From the NCBI GenBank assembly GCA_965279525.1, contig CBDIIB010000004.1, positions 1,024,001 through 1,088,000 of the forward strand: a stretch of DNA of 64,000 nt, given 5' to 3'. This document shows, piece after piece, positions 41,966 through 52,227 of the stretch. How positions within the stretch are numbered: the first letter of the stretch is position 1; the number at the start of each line of letters is the position of its first letter. A program made the translations under genes and the position numbers. Under the pieces are notes generated by a model. It saw only the letters and a program-made list of their open reading frames with translations. It had not been told where the DNA came from and made no database searches. The DNA is from Tagaea sp. (GTDB lineage: Bacteria > Pseudomonadota > Alphaproteobacteria > CACIAM-22H2).

Positions 41966-44836
41966 ATGGCTAAACGTATGTTGATCGACTCGACCCACCC
42001 GGAAGAAACCCGCGTGGTCGTTCTCGACGGGAACAAGCTGGACGAGTTCGATTTCGAAACCGCCAGCAAGAAGCAACTCAAGGGCAACATCTATCTGGCG
42101 CGCGTCACGCGCGTCGAGCCCTCGCTGCAGGCGGCGTTCATCGAATTCGGCGGCAACCGCCACGGGTTCCTCGCCTTCAACGAAATCCACCCGGACTATT
42201 ACCGCATCCCGGTCGCCGACCGGCAGGCGCTGATGGCCGACGACGAGGAAGAAACGGTGCGCTTCGAGCGCCCGCGCCGCCCGCGTCGCGAGGAGCGCGA
42301 TGCCGAAGCGGCGCACGCCGATCCGGTGCACGCCGATCCTGCATCGGCCGATCCGGCATCGGCCGATCCCGCATCGGCCGATCCGCTCCCGACCGTCCCG
42401 TTCGACGATGTCGCCGGTTCCGGCCCGGTCGAACTCGCACCGCCGGCTTCGCAGCCTGCCGAGCAGCTTTCGTTTCCGGTCGCCGACGCGCCGCCCGCCG
42501 CAAGCGAGCCGGCAACGGCCGACGCCGCTCCGCTGGGCTTCGATGCGCCCGCGACGGAAGCGGAACCCGGCGAAGCGGTCACCGGCGAAGTGCTGCCGCC
42601 CGACGGCGTTCCGTCCGACCTGCCGGCCGGCGACGACGCGGCCGAACCGCGCCAGCACCACGTCGAATCGCTCGGCGGCGACACGGTCGACGACGCGCAC
42701 GAGACGCGCCGCCGCGCGCGCCCGCAGCGCCACTACAAGATCCAGGAAGTGCTCAAGCGCCGCCAGGTGCTGCTCGTCCAGGTCGTCAAGGAAGAGCGCG
42801 GCACCAAGGGTGCGGCTCTCACCACGTACCTGTCGCTCGCAGGCCGCTACTGCGTGCTGATGCCCAACACCGACCGGGGCGGCGGGATCTCGCGCCGCAT
42901 CACCTCGCAGCAGGACCGCAAGCGCCTCAAGAACCTGATCGAGGAGCTCGACCTGCCCGACGGCATGGCCGTGATCCTGCGCACCGCCGGCATGGAGCGC
43001 GAGACCGCCGACATCCGGCGCGACTACGAATACCTGATGCGCCTGTGGGAGGAGATCCGCGACCTGACGCTGCGCTCGTCGGCGCCGTCGCTGATCTACG
43101 AGGAAGGAAGCCTCATCAAGCGCGCGATCCGCGACATGTACTCGGCCGATATCGACGAGATCCTCGTCGAGGGGCAGAACGGGTTCGAGTCCTCGCGCCA
43201 CTTCATGGGCATGCTGATGCCCAGCGACATCGGCCGCATCCGGCGCTACGACGACGCGCAGGTGCCGCTGTTCCAGCGCTTCCAGGTCGAGAACGAGCTC
43301 GACGAGATGCACCTGCCGACGGTGCGGCTCAAGTCGGGCGGCTACATCGTCATCAACTCGACCGAGGCGCTCGTCGCCATCGACGTGAACTCCGGCCGCT
43401 CCACGCGCGAGCGCAACATCGACGAGACGGCGTACAAGACGAACCTGGAGGCGGCCGACGAGGTCGCCCGCCAGCTTCGCCTGCGCGATCTCGCGGGCCT
43501 GATCGTCATCGACTTCATCGACATGGACGACCACCGTCACCAGACGAACGTCGAACGTCGCCTGAAGGACGCGATGAAGTCCGACCGCGCGCGCATCCAG
43601 ATCGGCCGCATCTCGGCCTTCGGGTTGCTCGAGCTGTCGCGCCAGCGTCTGCGTCCGTCGATCTCGGAGATCAGCTTCGAGGTCTGCCCGCACTGCAACG
43701 GCACCGGCCGCCTGCGCTCGACCGAGTCCGCGGCACTGCACGTTCTGCGCGGGATCGAGGAGGAAGCGGGCAAGATGCGCGCGGCCGAGATCGCGGTCTA
43801 TGTCGCCACTCCGGTCGCCCTTTATCTCTTCAACAACAAGCGTGCGGCACTGGCGGGCATCGAGAGCCGCTTCGGCCTGCGCGTCAATTTCCATTCGGAC
43901 GACACGCTGATCCCGCCCGCCTTCCGCATCGAACGCGCCAAGACCAAGGCGCCCGACGCGCAGGGTGCGGCACCGATCCGCAGCGTCGAGGACTTCTCGC
44001 CGTCGACAGGCACGTCGACCGACCCCAGCGACGTGCGCGAGCGCGACGATCTGGGCGACGACGACGCCCCGCCCGCCCGCAGCGAAAGCCCGCGCCATTC
44101 GCGTGGCGGTGAACGCGGCGGCGAGCGCGGCGGTGAACGTGGTGGCGAGCGCGGCGGCGAAGGCGGTGGCGAGGAAGGCAGCGGTCGCGGCCGGCGCCGG
44201 CGTCGGCGCGGTCGCGGCGATCGCGGCGATCGCCCCCAGCAGGGTGGCGAGCCGCAGGGCGATGCGGCCGAGACGGCCGTGCAGGCGGCCGAAGGCGTGC
44301 CGGCACAGGCCGACCGCGAAGCCCCGCAGGGTGGTGAGTTCCCGAATGAAGGTGCGCCCGGCGATGCCGGCGGCGAGGACGGCGCACGCCGTCGCCGCCG
44401 TCGCGGACGTCGCGGCGGCCGCCGTCGCGGGCGCCGTCCGGAAGACGGCGAAGTCACGGCCGATGCAGGCGCGCCGGAAGGTGCGGCGAACGGCGAAGCG
44501 GCACCCGTGCCGATGGCGACACCGGCCAATCCCGATCCGGTCTATGACGCACCGGCCTTCCGTCCAGAGCCGCAGCGCGTCCGCGTGGCCGGTCCGGGCG
44601 ACGACCGTTTCCCGCCGCCCGAGCGCGTGGCGGGTCCCGGCGATGCGCATGACTGGCCCTGGAACAAGCAGGCAGGTGCGCCAGCACCCGCTTCGGCAGG
44701 CGAACCGATCCGCGTGAGCGAACCGGTACCGGCACCGATCGTGGCAGCACCGCCCGAAACGGCGGCCCCGCCGCCCGAGGACGACGATCCGAACCGGCCG
44801 AAGAAGCGTGGCTGGTGGAACCGCCTGACCGGCTGA
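41966..44836 (+). CDS. rne: Ribonuclease E
   Basis: MAKRMLIDSTHPEETRV, GNIYLARVTRVEPSLQAAF, AIDVNSGR, IDFIDM, CPHCNG; C-terminal IDR ending KRGWWNR. Confidence 0.95.
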   Translation: MAKRMLIDSTHPEETRVVVLDGNKLDEFDFETASKKQLKGNIYLARVTRVEPSLQAAFIEFGGNRHGFLAFNEIHPDYYRIPVADRQALMADDEEETVRFERPRRPRREERDAEAAHADPVHADPASADPASADPASADPLPTVPFDDVAGSGPVELAPPASQPAEQLSFPVADAPPAASEPATADAAPLGFDAPATEAEPGEAVTGEVLPPDGVPSDLPAGDDAAEPRQHHVESLGGDTVDDAHETRRRARPQRHYKIQEVLKRRQVLLVQVVKEERGTKGAALTTYLSLAGRYCVLMPNTDRGGGISRRITSQQDRKRLKNLIEELDLPDGMAVILRTAGMERETADIRRDYEYLMRLWEEIRDLTLRSSAPSLIYEEGSLIKRAIRDMYSADIDEILVEGQNGFESSRHFMGMLMPSDIGRIRRYDDAQVPLFQRFQVENELDEMHLPTVRLKSGGYIVINSTEALVAIDVNSGRSTRERNIDETAYKTNLEAADEVARQLRLRDLAGLIVIDFIDMDDHRHQTNVERRLKDAMKSDRARIQIGRISAFGLLELSRQRLRPSISEISFEVCPHCNGTGRLRSTESAALHVLRGIEEEAGKMRAAEIAVYVATPVALYLFNNKRAALAGIESRFGLRVNFHSDDTLIPPAFRIERAKTKAPDAQGAAPIRSVEDFSPSTGTSTDPSDVRERDDLGDDDAPPARSESPRHSRGGERGGERGGERGGERGGEGGGEEGSGRGRRRRRRGRGDRGDRPQQGGEPQGDAAETAVQAAEGVPAQADREAPQGGEFPNEGAPGDAGGEDGARRRRRRGRRGGRRRGRRPEDGEVTADAGAPEGAANGEAAPVPMATPANPDPVYDAPAFRPEPQRVRVAGPGDDRFPPPERVAGPGDAHDWPWNKQAGAPAPASAGEPIRVSEPVPAPIVAAPPETAAPPPEDDDPNRPKKRGWWNRLTG

Positions 44837-44859
44837 GTTCTTCGGGAAATCGAAAAGGG

Positions 44860-44890
44860 AAGCGGCGCGTTCTTCGGAACGCGCCGTTTT
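44860..44890. terminator. Rho-independent terminator between convergent rne and aminotransferase genes
   Basis: CGGCGCGTTC-TTCG-GAACGCGCCG followed by TTTT, with A-rich sequence on the other side. Confidence 0.85.
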
Positions 44891-44911
44891 CGTTTCAGGC
44901 ACGCATTTTCT

Positions 44912-46075
44912 TCAGGACGGGCGCCAGTCCTTCAGGCGCTTCGTGGCTTCGACCATGTCGGCCATCGTGCCCGCGAAGGAAAAGCGCACGAAACGGTTGC
45001 CGCGCTCGGGATCGAAATCCACGCCCGGCGTCGCCGCCACGCCCGCCTCGGCCAGCATGCGCCGGCAGAACTCGGTGCTGTCGTTGGTGAGGTGCGCCAC
45101 GTCGGCATAGAGATAGAAGGCGCCGTCCGGCGGCGCGAACTCGCGGAAACCCGCCTTGGGCAGTTCGGCGAGCAGGTAATCGCGGTTGGCGCGATAGCGG
45201 CCAACATGCCCGTCCATCTCGGTGCGCGCGTCGAAAGCGGCGATGGCGGCGACCTGCGCCAGCGTCGGCGGCGAGATGAAAAGGTTCTGCGCCAGCCGCT
45301 CGACCGCACGCACCAGGTCGGGCGGCACGATCAGCCAGCCCAGGCGCCAGCCGGTCATCGAGAAGTATTTCGAGAAGCTGTTGACGACGAACATGTCGTC
45401 GCCGGCGGCAAGCGCCGTCGTGGCATGTCCGTCATAGACGATGCCGTGATAGATCTCGTCGGAAACCAGGCGCGTTCCCTTGCGGCGGCACCATTCGACG
45501 AGGGCGGCGAGTTCGGCCGCCGAAAGCATCGAGCCGGTCGGGTTCGCCGGGCTCGCGACGATCAGGCCGGCCATCTCGCCACCTGCCGCGTCGAGCAGCC
45601 CGGGTGTGGGCTGGAAGCGGCTTGCGGCCGTCGCCGGCAGGCCGACCGGCACGCAGTCGATGGCCTTCAGGATGTTGCGGTAGGCAGGGTAGCCCGGATC
45701 GGCAAGCGCCACGCGGTCGCCGGCGTCGAACGCCGACAGGAACGCGAGCAGGAACCCGCCCGAAGAACCCGTCGTCACGCACACGCGCGCGGGATCGATC
45801 TCGACCGAATAGGTCTCGGCATAATGGCGTGCGATGCGCGCGCGCAGCTGCGGCACGCCCATCGCGTCGGTGTAGCCGAGCTTGTCGGAATCGAGTGCCG
45901 CCTTGGCCGCCGCCCGCACGCCCGTCGGGGCGGGCGTGCCCGGCTGGCCCACTTCCATGTGGACCGTCCGGTCTGCCGGGCTCGCGCAGGCCTCGTCGCG
46001 CACGCGCGCCGCACGCATCACGTCCATCACGATGAAGGGTGCGATGCCGGCACGCCGTGCGGTCTTGAGCGCCAT
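44912..46075 (-). CDS. PLP-dependent class I/II aminotransferase
   Basis: HMEVGQP, ASPANPTG, SDEIYHG, NSFSKYFSMTGWRLGW. Confidence 0.92.
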   Translation of the reverse strand: MALKTARRAGIAPFIVMDVMRAARVRDEACASPADRTVHMEVGQPGTPAPTGVRAAAKAALDSDKLGYTDAMGVPQLRARIARHYAETYSVEIDPARVCVTTGSSGGFLLAFLSAFDAGDRVALADPGYPAYRNILKAIDCVPVGLPATAASRFQPTPGLLDAAGGEMAGLIVASPANPTGSMLSAAELAALVEWCRRKGTRLVSDEIYHGIVYDGHATTALAAGDDMFVVNSFSKYFSMTGWRLGWLIVPPDLVRAVERLAQNLFISPPTLAQVAAIAAFDARTEMDGHVGRYRANRDYLLAELPKAGFREFAPPDGAFYLYADVAHLTNDSTEFCRRMLAEAGVAATPGVDFDPERGNRFVRFSFAGTMADMVEATKRLKDWRPS

Positions 46076-46088
46076 CGGTGCGGTTCCG

Positions 46089-47561
46089 TTACTGCGTGCC
46101 GATGCCCAGGCCCGCCCCGCGCGGATCGGCTTCGATCCGGCAGGTCGAAGGGGAGTCGACGATGCCGCCCGGGCACACGATCGCCTGCACGCGCGTGGGA
46201 CCACCGCCTGCGGCGGCACCTGTTTCGGGCGATACGCGTGGTGCTGCGAGCGCCTGGTCGAGATTCTGGCCCGCGACGAGCGTGTCCAGCGCCACCTGCG
46301 CGAGCGCCAGAGGTGCCGCGGAACCGCCGGAAGCCGCACCCGCGAACACGACGTCGGCACGATCGCGAAGTCCGATCGCCACGGTTAGCCAGCGCGCGGC
46401 GCGCATCGCGTTGTCCGGTGCCGGTGCGAGCAGAAACCCTGCACCCGCCGGCACGCGGCCGATGCCGAAGGCCCGGTAGCCCGTGAAGCTGCAAGCGATC
46501 GCCATGCCGTTGCGGTCGATGACGGCGATGCCGGTTCCGCTCGGCGTATCGGCTTCGCGCGCCCATTGGCCGCCGGCACCTGCGATGGCGCGCAGGGCCG
46601 CCGGCGACATGGCTTCCGCAAGCGGTCGCGTCGCCGAGAGATCGGCACCGATGAAAGTCGCCCGATCGCGCGAAGCGGCGGCGGCGGTCGACCCCAGCAA
46701 CGCCGCGTGCTGGCCGGCCGGCACCGATTTCCAGCGCCCTTCGAGGGCGCCGTAGATCTGGCCTGCGGCAAGGCCGCCGACGGCCGGCGTCGATCCGACG
46801 AAAAGGTCGAAACGTTCGCCCACGCGGAACGACGGACCGAACTGCGGAGCACCGGCGGCAAGATCCTCCATGCGCAGATCGATGCCGGCAGCGGCCGCCG
46901 CCTGGATGACCTGCCGGCCGAGCTGGCCGTTATGCAGGTCGCCGGGACCGCGCTGGCGGATTGCACCCAGCACCACCGCCATTTCCGGCTGGACGAGCGG
47001 CACGCCTTCGCCGACCGTCTGGCCGTCGCGCGTGTAGAGCCGTCGCAGGCTTTCCTCGGCGCGAACGGTTTCCACGTTGGCGACGAGATCGTTGGCGAAC
47101 GCACGGGTCGCGGGTGCCCCGTTGCGCGCGAGCAGTTCGGCCGGCGACAGGACCTGCTCCCAGCGCAGCGTTCCGAAACGTGCGTGGAGCGCAAACAGTC
47201 CGCGCGGAATCCCCGGGGTGGCGACGGTCGAATCGGGCCGTGCCGCCACGGCCGGAAACGACAGCATTTCGATCGAGCGCTGCTTGGCGGTGCCCGACGT
47301 GATCAGGCATACCCCGCCGCCGCCCAACGGCATCTGGCCGGGGTAGGTGACCGTCAGCGCGAATGCCGCGGCCACGGCCGCATCGGCGGCACCGCCGCCG
47401 GCCGAAAGGATGTCCCGTGCGACGAGGGCCGCGCGCGGTTCGTCCGCCGTCGCCCCGCCAAGGAACCCGCGCACCGATCCAATCACGCCCGGCGTCGAGA
47501 CCTTCGAGCCGCCGAACCAGTCGCAGCCCGGCAACAGGGCCGCTGCCAGCAGCGCCGCCAT
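46089..47561 (-). CDS. Gamma-glutamyltransferase-like lipoprotein (degenerate active site)
   Basis: LPGC lipobox; GGGAADAAVA, PLGGGG, VATPG..RGL..LH.RFG.L.W; start uncertain. Confidence 0.78.
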   Translation of the reverse strand: MAALLAAALLPGCDWFGGSKVSTPGVIGSVRGFLGGATADEPRAALVARDILSAGGGAADAAVAAAFALTVTYPGQMPLGGGGVCLITSGTAKQRSIEMLSFPAVAARPDSTVATPGIPRGLFALHARFGTLRWEQVLSPAELLARNGAPATRAFANDLVANVETVRAEESLRRLYTRDGQTVGEGVPLVQPEMAVVLGAIRQRGPGDLHNGQLGRQVIQAAAAAGIDLRMEDLAAGAPQFGPSFRVGERFDLFVGSTPAVGGLAAGQIYGALEGRWKSVPAGQHAALLGSTAAAASRDRATFIGADLSATRPLAEAMSPAALRAIAGAGGQWAREADTPSGTGIAVIDRNGMAIACSFTGYRAFGIGRVPAGAGFLLAPAPDNAMRAARWLTVAIGLRDRADVVFAGAASGGSAAPLALAQVALDTLVAGQNLDQALAAPRVSPETGAAAGGGPTRVQAIVCPGGIVDSPSTCRIEADPRGAGLGIGTQ

Positions 47562-47634
47562 AATTGCGCCACGGCCCCGCGATTGATTTCGGGAGTCGGT
47601 CGGCTTAGCCTGTCTGGGAGAAAAGGCGGAGAAT

Positions 47635-49074
47635 TTGAACTCTTTCATCCGCAAGGCATTCGTCGTTTTCAAGGTCACTCGTTTGGCGCCCGTCGATCGA
47701 GGGAAAATCCGCGTCCGGCGACAGCGGACCCGTTCCGTCGCTGCATTCCTTGCAGCACTGCTCCTGCTTTCGGCCGCCAGCCAACCGCTCCATGCCCAGC
47801 AGCAGCGCATCAGCTTCATCCGCGACGCTGAAACCGAACATATCATCCGCGTCTATGCCGCGCCAGTTTTCCGGGCCGCCGGCCTCAACCCGGCCGACAT
47901 CAATGTCCACCTGATCAACGACCGCTCGCTCAACGCGTTCGTCGCGGGCGGACTCAACATGTTTTTCCATACCGGCCTGCTGCTCCGCTCGGACAATCCC
48001 AACCAGATCATCGGGGTGATCGCGCACGAGACCGGCCACATTTCCGGCGGCCATCTCTCGCGTCTCCCCGAGGCGATGCAGAATTCGTGGGAGACGCTGA
48101 TCATTTCGCTGCTCGGTGCGGCGGCTGCCGCAGCTGCGCGCTCTGCCGACGGCGCGATGGCGTCGGTCATGGCCGGGCAGCAGATCGCCGAGCGCCAGTT
48201 CCTGCGCTACACGCGCACGCTCGAATCCTCGGCCGACCAGGCCGGCGTCGGCTTCCTCGATCGCACGCAGCAATCCTCGCGCGGCCTGCTCGAGTTCCTG
48301 CAGATCCTGGTCGACCAGGAAGCGCTGGCCGTCGACCGGCAGGACCCCTACATGCGCACGCACCCGGTCACCGTCGAGCGCGTGAATTTCGTGCGCAACT
48401 GGGTCGAGAATTCGCGCTACTCCAACATGCCGGTCAAGCCGGAACACGTCGAGATGCACCGGCGCATGCGCGCCAAGCTCCTCGGCTTCACCGAGCCTGC
48501 CCGCGCCCTCCAGCAGTACAAGGAGGGCGACAAGACGCTCGAAGGGCGCTATGCGCGCGCCTTCGCGCTCTACCGGCGCGGCGATTTCGCGCGCGCGATC
48601 CCGCTCGTGGACTCGCTGCTCGCCGACATGCCGGACGATCCGTTCTTCCACGAGACGCGCGCCCAGTTCGTCTACGAAGGCGGCAATCCGCGCGGCTCCA
48701 TCGCGAACTACGAGAAAGCCGTCGCGGCACTTCCCGACAACGCGCTGCTCCGCCTCGAACTGGCGTCGGCGCAGATCGCGACCGAGGACAAGGTGCTCAA
48801 CGCCGCGGCGATCAAGAATCTCGAGCTTGCACTCAAGGGCGAGCCACGGAGCGGGGAAATCTGGCGCCAGCTTTCCGTGGCTTACGGCCGCGACGGACAG
48901 CTCGGATTATCGTCGCTTGCGCAGGCGGAACAGGCGATGCTGATGGGTCGGCGCGTCGATGCCCGCGGATTCGCGGAGCGTGCCGAACGTCTGCTGCCTC
49001 CCGGTTCCCCGCATATCCTGCGCGCGCAGGACATAAAGTCCGCCGCCGAACGGCTCCGCCCCCAGGTGAGATGA
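47635..49074 (+). CDS. M48 family metalloprotease with TPRs (BepA/YfgC-like)
   Basis: NAFV.GG, GVIAHETGH, E..AD, YMRTHP..ER; true start may be downstream. Confidence 0.9.
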   Translation: MNSFIRKAFVVFKVTRLAPVDRGKIRVRRQRTRSVAAFLAALLLLSAASQPLHAQQQRISFIRDAETEHIIRVYAAPVFRAAGLNPADINVHLINDRSLNAFVAGGLNMFFHTGLLLRSDNPNQIIGVIAHETGHISGGHLSRLPEAMQNSWETLIISLLGAAAAAAARSADGAMASVMAGQQIAERQFLRYTRTLESSADQAGVGFLDRTQQSSRGLLEFLQILVDQEALAVDRQDPYMRTHPVTVERVNFVRNWVENSRYSNMPVKPEHVEMHRRMRAKLLGFTEPARALQQYKEGDKTLEGRYARAFALYRRGDFARAIPLVDSLLADMPDDPFFHETRAQFVYEGGNPRGSIANYEKAVAALPDNALLRLELASAQIATEDKVLNAAAIKNLELALKGEPRSGEIWRQLSVAYGRDGQLGLSSLAQAEQAMLMGRRVDARGFAERAERLLPPGSPHILRAQDIKSAAERLRPQVR

Positions 49075-49823
49075 AAATGCACATGCGACTTCTGGCAATC
49101 GCCGCCGCACTTCTCCTGACGGCCTGTGCCGGCCCTGCACCCCGGGCGGTCGTCGTCGACGGTTCGCTGCGCCTGCTCGAACGCGGCGTCCCGGGCATTC
49201 ACCCGGGCGCCAACATCCAGGAATGGCAGATGCTCCGCGGCCTCAACGAGGCGCAGCTGAACGTCATGGAACTCCAGGGCTCCGTCGTCGTGCGCGCCAA
49301 TGCGCCCGGCGGCGCCACGATGGGCCGGCGGATCGCCACCACGATCGGCGCCACGCCCTATCTGCGCTGGAGCTGGTATCTGGAGCCCACGCAGTTCGGC
49401 GGCGGTGCGGCCGACGGCGTCGAACGCGGCATGCGCCTGATGGTGTTTTTCCGCAGCCCGGTGCGGCCGGGCCTCGAGCGCTACACGGGCTGGACGGGCA
49501 TCGGCGTGGCCGAGTGGGACCGCTACGTCGAGATCTCGTTCGGCGGCTTCGGGGTGGGGCGCGCGGAGGAAGCGCGCCTGGCCAAATGGGTGACCGACGA
49601 CCAGGGCCGCAAGCTCAACCTGCGCGACCCGCGCACCGGCCAGGCCGGCGCCTGGCACGTGGAGGCGGTCGACCTCGCGGAAGTCCACCGGCATTTCTGG
49701 CCCAACGAGAATCCGGCGGGCGTGCAGATCACGCTTATCTCCTTCGGCGGCCTGCACGGCAGGATTCCGCCGGACGTGCCCGAAGCGATCGGCTACATCG
49801 CTGAAGTCACGCTGTCGCGCTGA
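49071..49823 (+). CDS. Lipoprotein, probably DUF3047-like
   Basis: LTAC lipobox; TPYLRWSW, GAWHVEAVDL; ATGA overlap with the M48 stop. Confidence 0.6.
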   Translation: MKMHMRLLAIAAALLLTACAGPAPRAVVVDGSLRLLERGVPGIHPGANIQEWQMLRGLNEAQLNVMELQGSVVVRANAPGGATMGRRIATTIGATPYLRWSWYLEPTQFGGGAADGVERGMRLMVFFRSPVRPGLERYTGWTGIGVAEWDRYVEISFGGFGVGRAEEARLAKWVTDDQGRKLNLRDPRTGQAGAWHVEAVDLAEVHRHFWPNENPAGVQITLISFGGLHGRIPPDVPEAIGYIAEVTLSR

Positions 49824-49831
49824 GAATCAGA

Positions 49832-50572
49832 ATGCGCCGCCTCCTGCTTTCTCTGGCGGTCGCCGCCGCCCTCCTTGCTCCGGCCACGGCGCGCGCGCAG
49901 GGCCCCTTCTCGCCCGCCGAGCGCGACGAGATCCGACGTCTGATGATCGACGTGCTGCGCGAGCGGCCCGAGCTTGTCCTCGAAGCGCTTGAGGCGATCG
50001 AGGCCAAGCGCGAGGCGCAGGCGCGCGCGCGTTCCGGCGAGTCCGTGCGCGAGCGCAAGGCCGAGCTATACGACGACGCCGCGGCACCCGTTGCCGGCAA
50101 CCCGCGCGGCAATTTCGCGATCGTCGAGTTCTTCGACTATCGCTGTCCCTACTGCAAGCAGATGCACGCTCCCATGAAGGCACTGCTGGCGGGCGACCGC
50201 GAACTTCGCGTCATCCGCAAGGACCTGCCGATCCTCGGTCCCGCCTCGATCGTCGCATCGCACGCGGCACTCGCGGCCCGCGCACAGGACAAGTACCCCG
50301 CCTTCCACGACGCGCTGATGGAGTTCCGCGGCCAGCTCGACGAGGCGGCCATCTTCCGCATCGCGGCCGACCTGAAGCTCGACGTCGCCCGGCTGCGCCG
50401 CGACATGGAATCGCCGGCGGTCGTCTCGCTCCTGCAGCGCAACGTGGCGCTGGCGCAGGCGCTCGGCATCACCGGCACGCCGGCCCTGGTGATCGGCGAA
50501 GCGCTCGTTCCCGGCGCCATCGACGTCGAGACGATGAAGAAGCTCGTCGCCGAGGCGCGCGCGAAACGCTAG
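49832..50572 (+). CDS. DsbA family thiol-disulfide oxidoreductase
   Basis: EFFDYRCPYCK, LPILG, GITGTP. Confidence 0.92.
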   Translation: MRRLLLSLAVAAALLAPATARAQGPFSPAERDEIRRLMIDVLRERPELVLEALEAIEAKREAQARARSGESVRERKAELYDDAAAPVAGNPRGNFAIVEFFDYRCPYCKQMHAPMKALLAGDRELRVIRKDLPILGPASIVASHAALAARAQDKYPAFHDALMEFRGQLDEAAIFRIAADLKLDVARLRRDMESPAVVSLLQRNVALAQALGITGTPALVIGEALVPGAIDVETMKKLVAEARAKR

Positions 50573-51219
50573 GGGGCCGGATCGAAGTCGGGCTGGTTCT
50601 CGGGCAGTGCCTTCGCGAAGGCCGGATGCTCGAGGCAGTTCGCGAAGATCTTCATCAGGCGCGGATAGACGGTCAGTTCCTCGTCCTTGTAGAAGCGCTT
50701 GGCGTTGAACACCTGCGGCACCAGGCAGATATCGGCAAGCGTGGGTGCATCGCCGTGGCAGTACCGCCCTGCCTTGCCGTCGGCCAGCATCTTCTCCAGC
50801 GCTTCGAAGCCGACCGCGATCCAGTGGCGGTACCAGGCGTCGTGCGCCGCCTTCTCGATCTTCAGGACTTTGAGCAGATACATGAGGACGCGCAGATTGT
50901 TGATCGGGTGGATGTCGCAGGCGATCGCATAGGCGATCGCGCGCACGCGCGCACGTCCGACCGGATCGGCCGGCAGGAACGGTGCACCCGCTTGCGTCTC
51001 ATCGAGATATTCGCAGATCGCAAGCGATTGCGTGATCGTCGCGGTCCCGTCCTCGAGCGTCGGCACGAGACCCAGCGGGTTCTTCGCGAGATAGTCGGGC
51101 GCGCGCTGTTCGGCCTTGCGCAGATGGACAAAGGCCTGTTCGGGCTCGAGCCCCTTCAGGGCCAGCGCAATGCGCACGCGGAATGCCGCCGACGAACGGA
51201 AATAGCCCCAGACCTTCAC
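50569..51219 (-). CDS. maiA: Maleylacetoacetate isomerase
   Basis: YFRSSAAFRVRIAL, QSLAICEYL, ACDIHPINNLRVL, P.NQPD. Confidence 0.93.
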   Translation of the reverse strand: MKVWGYFRSSAAFRVRIALALKGLEPEQAFVHLRKAEQRAPDYLAKNPLGLVPTLEDGTATITQSLAICEYLDETQAGAPFLPADPVGRARVRAIAYAIACDIHPINNLRVLMYLLKVLKIEKAAHDAWYRHWIAVGFEALEKMLADGKAGRYCHGDAPTLADICLVPQVFNAKRFYKDEELTVYPRLMKIFANCLEHPAFAKALPENQPDFDPAP

Positions 51220-52223
51220 GGTTGCGCTCCCTTCTGCTTGACGATCTTCTGGTCGATGGCGCCGAAGATCGAGTTTCCGGCGGCATCCTTCATCTCGATG
51301 CGGATGCGGTCGCCGAACTTCATGAACGGCGTCGTCGGCTTGCCGTCGGCGATGGTCTCGATCATCCGCACCTCGGCAAGGCAGCATGAGCCCACGCCCG
51401 GATCGCGGTTGGAAACCGTGCCGGAGCCGACGATCGTGCCGGCCGTCAGCCGCCGCGTGCGTGCGGCATGCGCGATCAGCCGGCCGAAATCGAAATTCAT
51501 GTCGTGCCCGGCATTCGGCCGGCCGAACGGCTTGCCGTTCAGCTCGGCGAGCAGCGGCAGGTTGAGCTTGCCGCCATCCCATGCGCCGTCGAGCTCGTCG
51601 AGCGTGACCGCCACCGGCGAGAAGGACGACGAGGGTTTCGACTGGAAGAAGCCGAACCCCTTGGCCAGCTCGGCCGGGATGAGGTTGCGCAAGCTGACGT
51701 CGTTGACCAGCAGCACGAGCTGGATGTGTTTGCGCGCCGCCACGGGGTCGATGCCCATCGGCACGTCGTCGGTGATGACGGCCACTTCGGCCTCGAAATC
51801 GATGCCGTGCGCCTCGTCGACCGCCTCCACGTCGTCGCACGGGCCGATCATCGCGTCCGATCCGCCCTGGTACATCAGCGGGTCGTCGTAGAATTCGGGC
51901 GGCATCTCGGCCTTGCGCGCCTTGCGCACCAGCTCGACATGGTTGAGATAGGCCGATCCGTCGATCCACTGGGCGGCACGCGGCAGGGGTGCGTGGCACG
52001 CCGTCGGGATGAACGGCAGGACGGGCGCGTCGTTGATGTTGTCCACACCCTTGTCGAGAAGCTCGGCGACGAGCGCCAGTTCGCCGGATCGGTGCTCCCA
52101 GTCGTCGAGGGCGATGCGCATCGTGGCCGCGATGCGCGGCGCCGTCACGCAGCGCTTGAGATCGCGCGAGACGACGACAAGCAGGCCGTCGCGCCCGCCT
52201 TGCTTGAGGGTCGCGAGTTTCAC
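51216..52223 (-). CDS. Fumarylacetoacetate hydrolase family protein
   Basis: RDG.L.VVSRDL, DGSAY, IDFEAE, NDVSLRNLIP, GSGTVSN. Confidence 0.92.
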   Translation of the reverse strand: MKLATLKQGGRDGLLVVVSRDLKRCVTAPRIAATMRIALDDWEHRSGELALVAELLDKGVDNINDAPVLPFIPTACHAPLPRAAQWIDGSAYLNHVELVRKARKAEMPPEFYDDPLMYQGGSDAMIGPCDDVEAVDEAHGIDFEAEVAVITDDVPMGIDPVAARKHIQLVLLVNDVSLRNLIPAELAKGFGFFQSKPSSSFSPVAVTLDELDGAWDGGKLNLPLLAELNGKPFGRPNAGHDMNFDFGRLIAHAARTRRLTAGTIVGSGTVSNRDPGVGSCCLAEVRMIETIADGKPTTPFMKFGDRIRIEMKDAAGNSIFGAIDQKIVKQKGAQP

Positions 52224-52227
52224 TGCA

